Assembly: GCA_048128005.1 (NCBI GenBank)
Contig: JBEUKZ010000107.1
Coordinates: 310,001 to 374,000 of the forward strand
Direction of reading: 5' to 3'
Source of the DNA: Veleropilina oligotropha
Lineage: Eukaryota
DNA length: 64,000 bases
Position 1 is the stretch's first letter, and each line of letters begins with the position of its first letter. The notes beneath the pieces were generated by a model. It was not told the origin of the DNA, searched no databases, and worked only from the letters and a program-made list of their open reading frames with translations. Positions 55,601 to 64,000 of this stretch are shown here, in pieces. Both the position numbers and the translations under genes were made by a program.

Positions 55601-57373
55601 TAGACTACTGTATATGGGCTTGAAGGTCGCATAGACTATATAGGCTTGAAGGTCGCATAGACTATATGGGCTTGAAGGTCACATAGACTATATGGGCTTG
55701 AAGTTGTCCTGATAAAAACTATATTATTTGAATTACGCTGTGTTCATCAATGAGAACAATTTGATTGACAAGAGAGGTCACAATTAGCATGACATCAGCC
55801 TGCAGCATTGGTCAATTTTATTGAACCACGGCTGGTAGGTTTTGATCGTTAGTTGATATAATGACGTCAGATTATCAAAAGAGAGGATTCATGCCATAAT
55901 AATATTATCGTCACCCCAGTTGCCTAGGGGGTAGAGCTTAGCTCCTAATTCACTCTTAGTGATTGCGATGGCTTAGCAACTAACAGGGTTTGAGATCTAC
56001 AAAACCTATCAGTCCATTACTGGTGGGTTCCACCACACATTCCAAGCTTTTATCAGATCATGTGATTGTTAAACTTAAATGGGACACAATAAACCACATC
56101 CATGCAAAACCACCATGATGTTATGGTGATTACCATGGGCGTAGCCAGGATTTTGAAAGGGGGGGTCGAGTTGTACTATAAATATACTATCAACGGAGGG
56201 GGCGGGGCCCCATGCAGAGGAAAATTTTGATCATTAAGGGTGTGAAACCCTCTCCTGCATTCTGAGAGTGCAAATACGATATATATTTTAAACTAGTATT
56301 TATGAACCGTTTTCACAACTTTGTATGAGTAAAAGGTCACAATTTGAAATATAAATATGTTGATCGAAAATTTTGGTTTTGTCAAAAGGGGTTTTTGTTC
56401 GCACCCCCCAATCCCCCTCTAGTAGAGCTTTGCTCCAAATTCACTCGTATTGACTTGAAGGGGGGAGGGGGGTGGTCAGGGATTAGATTTAACAATAATT
56501 ATATAAAATCCACATAATATGCAAATTATACCACAAAAATTTACAATACTAGTACTTAGGTGGGTACCTTGAGTTTGTTGTGAGTAATAAGCTAGTATTG
56601 GTGATGGCAGTCAGTGGATTTGCAATATTACAGGCACTATCATTAACATAAAACTACTGAAACTTCATTATGTAATCTGTCATTGATTTTGCTTTATCTC
56701 GGGACTTGGTTATTTGTGTTACAACTTTTGAGGCTTTGGTTGTTATTCCTACCTAGTTTATGTGGTTGTTGGTGCCAGCGTTTCATGATCACACGTCTGG
56801 CTCTGTTCACCGTTTAATGTTTCATATATCGATGTCCAGATGCAACATTGTTGGCATTGCACGTATCGTCTTCTTTTTCAGAGAAAACGAATTGAAGAAC
56901 CTCCTCCACCGCAGCCAGAAGGAGCAGAGAGAAAATCGAGCGGTCTGGAATATAATGGAGACAGCGGATACGAGGCAGAATCGCGTCCGGAAGACGACAC
57001 CAATGAGAATACTGCGGACACAGTGTCACCAAACAGTCCCGACTTCCCTAACCTTTATTTATACGAAAAGGGCACCGGTGAGCCTCCCGTCGAGGATCAG
57101 AGTTCGGATTCTCACTCATCGCCTGTAGATGATAATAGCTCGAACAAATCTAGCTCGGACAATGATTTGCCAGCAGAAAATAGTAGTTCGGACTTAGAGC
57201 CAAAGTTGTTTACCTTTGGGGATGACGAGAATAATGAAACGCCAGGTGAAATCGGAACTCCGGAACCGAAGATGTATATGTATGATATTTCCGGGCTAGG
57301 TGATGCATCCATGGATCCAGAACTGACAGCATTCCAGAAGTACATGGCGGAACAGAAGGAAACGGAATGCTGA
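34698..57373 (+). CDS. 3' part of host laminin-G-domain single-pass membrane protein (neurexin/Caspr/axotactin-like architecture). Exons 34698-34783, 40430-40568, 41137-41336, 42735-42888, 44745-44978, 45094-45170, 46049-46169, 49555-49673, 51899-51991, 56882-57373
   Basis: All ten exons have AG/GT boundaries and compatible phases. LamG-like YADGEQHYLVYQR...IMVGG...FKGCI, Pro/Thr stalk, TM IAITLIVVLLVFAVIIALLLI followed by RLRKKR, acidic tail ending ETEC*. Confidence 0.85.
35063..36290. repeat. 21-bp minisatellite, ~55 copies
   Basis: GGTGCTCACTGTATCAGACC(A/T), highly homogeneous. Confidence 0.95.
36353..38325 (+). pseudogene. Tc1/mariner transposon relic, DD37D (maT-type), frameshifted
   Basis: GSGRPR, VFTDEK, NRQNDR, FQQDGATSH, then after a frameshift WLPQSPDLNPMDY (37 residues between the last two D). 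Imperfect inverted repeats ~36465-36500 / ~38288-38325. Confidence 0.85.
37693..38119. mobile_element. PIF/Harbinger-type MITE inserted in the mariner transposase
   Basis: TIR AGCCCCGTTTACA.TACCA / TGGTA.TGTAAACGGGGCT; TTA duplicated at 37690-37692 and 38120-38122. Confidence 0.85.
40309..40429. repeat. 29-bp tandem repeat (~4 copies) forming the splice acceptor of a host exon
   Basis: TGTTTTACTCTCCCGGTTCATGGTTTCAG. Confidence 0.9.
41397..41937. mobile_element. Penelope-like retroelement remnant, inverted 3'-end pair
   Basis: GIY-YIG C-terminal-like ILTNEPDWTKRKVKEAIYIRQHKPTMNRD on +, diverged reverse-complement copy at 41397-41621. Confidence 0.75.
42243..42590. repeat. 21/30-bp compound minisatellite
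   Basis: GGTCAGACTC(A/G)GTCACGGCAT with optional GGTCAGGGT. Confidence 0.9.
43318..43652. repeat. 42-bp minisatellite, ~8 copies
   Basis: GTGGTGGTTGTAGTAAGTACTGTAGTAGGTGATCTAATGAAT. Confidence 0.95.
43755..43962 (-). mobile_element. tRNA-derived SINE-like copy
   Basis: B-box-like GGTTCAAACC on minus strand followed by GGTTTCTCC...TTTCCTCC core; related to 45680-45860. Confidence 0.5.
44231..44773. repeat. 46-bp tandem repeat (~12 copies) spanning the acceptor of the transmembrane exon
   Basis: TTTTGCTATCATTCCAG|CGATTGCCATC(T/A)CACTGATTGTGGTGCTG. Confidence 0.95.
45680..45860 (+). mobile_element. tRNA-derived SINE-like copy
   Basis: A-box-like GATCTAGTGG, B-box GGTTCGAATCC, downstream TTTCCTCC core. 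Confidence 0.55.
46521..46560 (+). ncRNA. Minimal hammerhead-ribozyme-like motif (Penelope type)
   Basis: CTGATGA-A-GACCTC-TGAA-GAGGTC-GAAA-CCGG-TC-AG; core intact, stem I only 2 bp. Confidence 0.55.
46575..49115. repeat. 17/18-bp minisatellite with periodic interrupting unit
   Basis: AGTATCCACCC(A/G)TATC(T/AG) interspersed with AGTTAATCATTTGTATTGC. Confidence 0.95.
50676..51782 (+). mobile_element. HINE-like element with ~158-bp tandem cores (uninterrupted copy)
   Basis: TTATCCCCCGCAAAA..TTTTGCGGGGATA, GTCC repeats, about six cores, 3' GGGGGATATTGATGG. Confidence 0.75.
52645..54555. repeat. 41-bp minisatellite, ~46 copies
   Basis: GATTTCAATGCACCGTGTATACCAAGATGCTGCTCGACACG. Confidence 0.95.
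54845..55703. repeat. 26-bp minisatellite, ~33 copies
   Basis: GAAGGTCACATAGACTATATGGGCTT. Confidence 0.95.
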
Positions 57374-60300
57374 TACGGATTCGGAAATTCCGAATTAGAA
57401 TTTGAGACATTGATGAAATGGTACAGTTCTGAGTCTTGCTGAGAACTAAAGAAAGGGAATCAATAATGCAAGAGAAAAAGGTCCACTGGTGATATTTCGT
57501 ACATTCCTAGAATGAGCACGAAGAGAAAAGTATTAGGCATGTTACCGCTAAATAGACAGGCAGTGCTGTCCGTTGATTGCGTATTAGGCCCTTGAAATTC
57601 TGACAATCATGTATTCATGACCGAAACAAATTCCAGCAAAATTATTTTTCGAGTTGAACAATATTTGGGAAATTTATATTATTTTTATTACGTATCATTA
57701 TTTTACAATTTAAAGGACATAGATGACTGCTCCATTGCGTAGGAATATGAAAGAAGATCCAAGTAGTCATGCTGTACAGATGATATGTGCTAAGGTATCG
57801 TGTCTGATGTTTCAGTTGGTTGTGAACACGTAATGCGTATGGTGGTTCTACATAAAGGCGTTATTCGCCCTCATTCCTTGCATGTGATTGTCTGACCAGA
57901 TTTATTCCAGTGCAGTATTTTTAAAACAATCACTGAATGTTATCTTAATGTTAAACTTTCTGTACAACATTTGTTTGTTGCAAAGAAGTTGGTATTCAGG
58001 AAATATAAGCAAGAAGTCTGCATACAGGCAAATATTATATGTCATTATTTAATAATAGACCTTAATTCTCTTGAATAACAAATCTGCCATTTTCAAATTA
58101 TTTCATGCCAGACATGTTCAATGTCATTTGCAACTCTTCAAGATTTGTTTCATAAAGCCTGAATCTGATTGAATCATTTAACAAAATATCTAGTATATTA
58201 ATTACAGTTTACAGTTGAAAATATTTGTAATTTCACACATTGAACTTCAGGTTCGGAATGCTAATATTCGTATTGGATGGAATAACCTCGAGTGTTGGTA
58301 GACAGTTACTTCATATACTGCCAGACTATATTACTCAGTATTCATATATGTGCATTGTTTATTACTCGTACGGTTTATATTTATATATCTATGAGACATT
58401 AATGTTTAGTAACTATGTAAAAATGAAGTCTTGTACATTGTCATTATAATATATATATGTAAACTTTCACGATTTACGAAGAATTTGTATATAATGGTCC
58501 CATTCTTGCCTACGTAGTGTGCCATATATACCAATCGGAACAATCACTGGCAAAAATGCAGCCGTCGGGAATGACATTAAGGGAACAACATTACGAAATT
58601 AGAATTAATTGAAACAATATTGTGTACATAAACCATCAGAATGCTGTGCACTGCATGTAGATCGTAAATCATGTATAAATGGATATACAATCATGTGACA
58701 CAGTAAGAGTACCTGAAATCAGTTGATTCATTTGCCATTCTAGTATGTAAGTATGTATTATATAACTGTACATATTATTAAATGTTGTAATTTTAAGTAT
58801 ATAATGTATATGAAACATGAATCTTGCTTGTTCTCTGTTAAAGATTCAAATTAATTTTGTATTTGGAATTTTAAAATCCATTTCTACCGCTGTTATAATG
58901 ACGTAATACGTACGTTATTGATCATTGTGTATATATACGTTAAGTAGGGCAATGCAAGGTTTTGAATGTTGGATGACTGCCCCATTTATATTCATATATT
59001 TTATTATTGGAATCTAAATTTCCATTTCTTTTGCAATTGACTGGAACAGCCATCATACTTTAATGTTTTTTCTATCGTACCTTTAGTTATTATTCCTGCT
59101 GACATTGAAGACTACCTCAGAATATTTTGAAAATTTAGGACTCATGCTTTCATTGGAATAATTCATATAAAACTTCTGTTAACCTATGACCTGGGACGTC
59201 CATAGAGAATATATTCGGATCTACCATTGGTGACCTCTGTGTGAAACTATGATTTGACTATCAAAAGTATGCTATGGAGAAAACAGTTTATAGATTGCCG
59301 CCTCTCGAGTGAACATGACATTGATCTGCATAGTACATAATGCCAATTGATTTTATCGTACAAAGTGATAGTGTAAGACAAAAACATTGTTTGCCTGGGC
59401 ATTATAAACATATTTTTCTATGAGTCTTGTTCCATAGTTCCCAAATTTATATGGCTTCGTAGATGCTCTATCCCCTGAAATAAATGCGTCACCTGACTGT
59501 TACGATTTATATGAACAATTTACTGTTGACATTTGCATAATACATTATTATAAGTTTGTGTTTATTTTACGATCATTTTAGCATGTATTTTAATTGTGCC
59601 TGTGTATATTTTTGATGAAAACCAACATTCCGCATTGATAAGTTTCAACAAGGGTGCGAGCATTTTTTTGTTATACTGTATGATATTTTCTGTCATCTGA
59701 TCTTGATCATATTGTTATGTTCACATTGCCAAGAGAACGTTATGCGAATATAACGTAAGCAGTCATCTTGGCTAGAAATTCTGTGTCACTGGTAAAGTAT
59801 AAAAATGTAGATTTATCTTTGAGATGTTTGACCACGGTTGACAGTGAACAACAAGGTACTAATTGATTTAGTCATATATGAACCATTAATATCTTTTGTT
59901 GAGATCAACATGGTAAGTTATTTACTGAAGAAAGTAATGCAGTGATTACTTATATCTCATGGAGTAGAGGTATTCACCATACACTAAGTAGTATGTTTTT
60001 GTCGCATCTAAAGAGCCAAGGTCGATGTGGATGTGTATTTTTATATCAGGATGCGTGCATATTGATGGAGAGAACAGTTTGGTATTTTTGCCTTTGATAT
60101 ATGTTTATATTGACCTGTGTCATAGATGTTCAATATATGTTTATATTGACCTGTGTCATAGATGTTCAATATATGTTTATATTGACCTGTTAAAGTAAGG
60201 CCATAGGAACAAAACGAATCTATTAAAGACCGTCATTTTACGTTAATGTTTTCCAATGTGTATTCGTAATTTTCAGTCCAATTTGAATTGTAGTTGACAT

Positions 60301-61493
60301 AAAATATAAATGAAAATGATTTACGCAATTTAATAATTGTAGTATTCATATTATTGTTAACATGACACTACTTCTTTGTTTGACAGACATGTATAAAACA
60401 TCTAGTTTTTTTGCATAACTTCAATACATTTGTGCAACAACTAGAAATTATGAAATAAGGCAGCTTCGTATGTCTTTTTATTTACATGCTAGATACATAC
60501 TAAATGATATTGTATATCGATATACTTTATACTTTCTCTTTTATATAGTGTTGAAGCCTCTGTTTGTCTCGTACTGTATATTGCCTCTTCAAGAGTGTCT
60601 TTGCGATTACGTGGTATTATGAACTGTGGCGCGCCCCTTTTGGTGCGCTACAGCCATGCTATTATTGCTCACTGGTAACCTGTTATCGTTCACATGCAAT
60701 TGTTTGTTAAATGCATTCATGTCACGTTTGTATGCTGTGCCAACGCAGGATGAAGTATCGTGCACATATTGTTATTCTCATCTTTCACTTTACATTAAAG
60801 ATGTTTTTATGTCAGTAGATTGTCTTTTGATAAACTTTTTTACGACCACTTTTGGTTATTTTCCACCCTAGTCGCAGTCCGGACACCTGGTTTAAGGTCT
60901 CGCTCTGAACAGACCGACAAATAGGGCATATAAAAGGCATAATATGCCTTTTATTATTTTTAACGTTAGAATGAGCCGTCGACTGGTTCAAACTCGGGCT
61001 CACCTAACAGCCGTGGTTTAGTGAGTTAAACAAGCTAACCACTCACCCACAGAGGTCACTCTGATATTAGTAGGCAAAGCAGGTAGATAAATTATATGTT
61101 AGGCAATGAAATACAGTACCAGAGGTTCTGATTCTAACTTCTGATGAAGATGGACTTTTTCTATAATTTCTTTTATATGCATTACCATTTGCGTAAGTTT
61201 CCGAATGTGTGACTGCAATAGATAGTACACTGCCATCCCGAGCGAAATCTGGTTTAATGTTATGTGGATATCGCCGAGGGGTGTCAGTGTATTATCTGTC
61301 ATACATGCCATTAAAATCTATTGTAAATTGCAAGCTGTAACCCCTTAAAACATGGCCATGGGATGATATGGAACAGTGGACTCTTCCATTGAAAGGAGTC
61401 TGGCACCTTGTGAAATCCTTTGTTTAGGCCAACTGCTGGGAGCGACCCAAGTTAATCTCATTGTTGGGCAATTACCTGGAACAATGGAGTAAC

Positions 61494-62905
61494 TGGCACT
61501 ACAAGTCCTGTTGTTCAGATATCAATTACCTGGTACAACAGGCACTACAAGTCCTGTTGTTCAGATATCAATTACCTAGTACAACATGCACTACAAGTCC
61601 TGTTGTTCAGATATCAATTACCTGGTACAACAGGCACTACAAGTCCTGTTGTTCAGATATCAATTACCTGGTACAACAGGCCCTAAAAGTCCTGTTGTTC
61701 AGATATCAATTACCTGGTACAACAGGCACTACAAGTCCTGTTGTACAGATATCAATTACATGGTACAACAGGCACTACAAGTCCTGTTGTTCAGATATCA
61801 ATCACCTGGTACAACAGGCACTACAAGTCCTGTTGTTCAGATATCAATTACCTAGTACAACATGCACTACAAGTCCTGTTGTTCAGATATCAATTACCTA
61901 GTACAACATGCACTACAAGTCCTGTTGTTCAGATATCAATTACCTAGTACAACATGCACTACAAGTCCTGTTGTTCAGATATCAATTACCTAGTACAACA
62001 TGCACTACAAGTCCTGTTGTTCAGATATCAATTACCTGGTACAACAGGCACTACAAGTCATATTGTTCAGATATCAATTACCTGGTACAACAGGCACTAC
62101 AAGTCCTGTGGTTCAGATATCAATTACCTAGTACAACATGCACTACAAGTCCTGTTGTTCAGATATCAATTACCTGGTACAACATGCACTACAAGTCCTG
62201 TTGTTCAGATATCAATTACCTAGTACAACATGCACTACAAGTCCTGTTGTTCAGATATCAATTACCTGGTACAACAGGCACTACAAGTCCTGTTGTTCAG
62301 ATATCAATTACCTGGTACAACAGGCACTACAAGTCCTGTTGTTCGGATATCAATTACCTGGTACAACAGGCACTACAAGTCATATTGTTCAGATATCAAT
62401 TACCTGGTACAACAGGCACTACAAGTCATGTTGTACAGATATCAATTACATGGTACAACAGGCACTACAAGTCCTGTTGTTCAGATATCAATTACCTAGT
62501 ACAACATGCACTACAAGTCCTGTTGTTCAGATATCAATTACCTGGTACAACAGGCACTACAAGTCCTGTTGTTCAGATATCAATTACCTGGTACAACAGG
62601 CACTACAAGTCCTGTTGTTCAGATATCAATTACCTGGTACAACAGGCACTACAAGTCCTGTTGTTCAGATATCAATTACCTGGTACAACAGGCCCTAAAA
62701 GTCCTGTTGTTCAGATATCAATTACCTGGTACAACAGGCACTACAAGTCCTGTTGTACAGATATCAATTACATGGTACAACAGGCACTACAAGTCCTGTT
62801 GTTCAGATATCAATCACCTGGTACAACAGGCACTACAAGTCATGTTGTTCAGATATCAATTACCTGGTACAACAGGCATTACAAGTCCTGTTGTTCAGAT
62901 ATCAG
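61494..62905. repeat. 46-bp minisatellite, ~30 copies
   Basis: GGCACTACAAGTCCTGTTGTTCAGATATCAATTACCTGGTACAACA. Confidence 0.95.
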
Positions 62906-63689
62906 GCTGATGGTATGTATTCCAAATTACAAGATCCTCTTAAAGCTGCTTAAGCATCAATTCATCATTATATAATTAAGTGTGCTCACTCACTGTCAGC
63001 AAAGACGACTGAAAATACATCATATCAGATGTACAATATGCAATTTATTGTCATATTTTTACGGAATACAAATTAAGCTAAATGTTGCATCGAATGAATT
63101 ATGGCTCTGAAGACGCAATGATATATGCACAGTATCGCAGTTGTGCCGAGGACCACAGCATTATTCAGCTTGTCGCGCCTCCACAGTTGCCATATGGTGC
63201 ACCCACATCTCGCTTGAATGACACGTTCCAGATGACACCTGTTGTTTCTAACCAGGTGTCACCTCTGCAAGAGATTAATGTGTTGCCATTCTTCCTGGAA
63301 TGCTGCCGTTGCCTAGTGGTTATGATGCTGGACCGCGACGCTAAGTATCTGAGTTCGATTTCCAGGAGTGCCGAAAATTTGTCACAGGTATACATCGTCT
63401 GCATTTCGCACAGTATCCGTCTGTCGGATGAGACGTTAAGCCGATGACCCGAACTACAGATAAGATGTGGTTGTACAACTAAACTGATTCAAATCAAATC
63501 ATGGAATGCTAGTGACAGTTCAGCACTCTGTGGACTAGGGGCACCTTTGCATGTTAAATATTGTTCATATCACGCTTACAGTACTCATGGAATACACCTG
63601 AAAGAGCCATACGAAAAATCTCCTTAAAACGACGATTTTCTAAATTTGACTACATGTTGACATTCGACCTCATCAGTCCTTGAACGCCT

Positions 63690-63960
63690 TCAAAAGAGTT
63701 ATTGGGTCTAAGGACCTACAGGGATGCAGTAGTGTGAACTAGAGTTACTGAAATTTATGGAGAGTCTGGATGTAATTAAGGCTGCACGCCTGACCAATGA
63801 TGGAAAAATTGTACACTTCACAAGTCTGTTAAAGATGGATATATTAGTATCCATTTTATACCAATCCCTTGAGATGCATCAAATGTCAGGCAAAACGAGC
63901 CACGTTTGTCCTCGTTGCAGTGAACAGGATCATGTTTTGGATCTTGCTCCAAAATCACCT
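63690..63960 (+). pseudogene. Degenerate LINE ORF1 (gag-like zinc knuckle) fragment
   Basis: Broken frames giving VIGSKDL..., NPLRCIKCQ and VCPRCSEQDH. Confidence 0.45.
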
Positions 63961-64000
63961 TGCAGCAGTAATTCCTTACTCCGAAGATTTACCGGGGTGG

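Noticed and set aside
35063..62905. Regular arrays that might be CRISPRs (21, 26, 41, 42, 46 bp)
   Set aside because: Head-to-tail units with no unique spacers, no cas genes, eukaryotic intronic context.

Overview
Eukaryotic (probably marine invertebrate/lophotrochozoan) genomic DNA in two parts. Bases 1-29232 are GC-rich and hold two integrated Polinton/Maverick-like viral elements. Element B (13483-29232, 15,750 bp) is complete: AGC-repeat TIRs, a TAGTT target-site duplication, double-jelly-roll-type major capsid protein, penton, A32-like ATPase, retroviral-type integrase and many membrane proteins. It has no stand-alone protease that I can recognise. Its replication protein is an unusual fusion: OTU-like protease, apparently exonuclease-less PolB, SF1B helicase and HNH-type nuclease. 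Element A (<1-13097) is a related, capsid-less fold-back palindrome made of two right halves. It folds at the position homologous to B's midpoint, and its extrapolated length (15,767 bp) is almost that of B. Both elements sit inside one non-autonomous Helentron-like host repeat. Bases 29233-64000 are AT-rich host DNA with ten phase-consistent 3' exons of a laminin-G single-pass membrane protein gene, plus HINE-like repeats, a DD37D mariner relic with a nested Harbinger MITE, Penelope/SINE/LINE fragments and many minisatellites. All family assignments come from reading motifs by eye; no searches were run.
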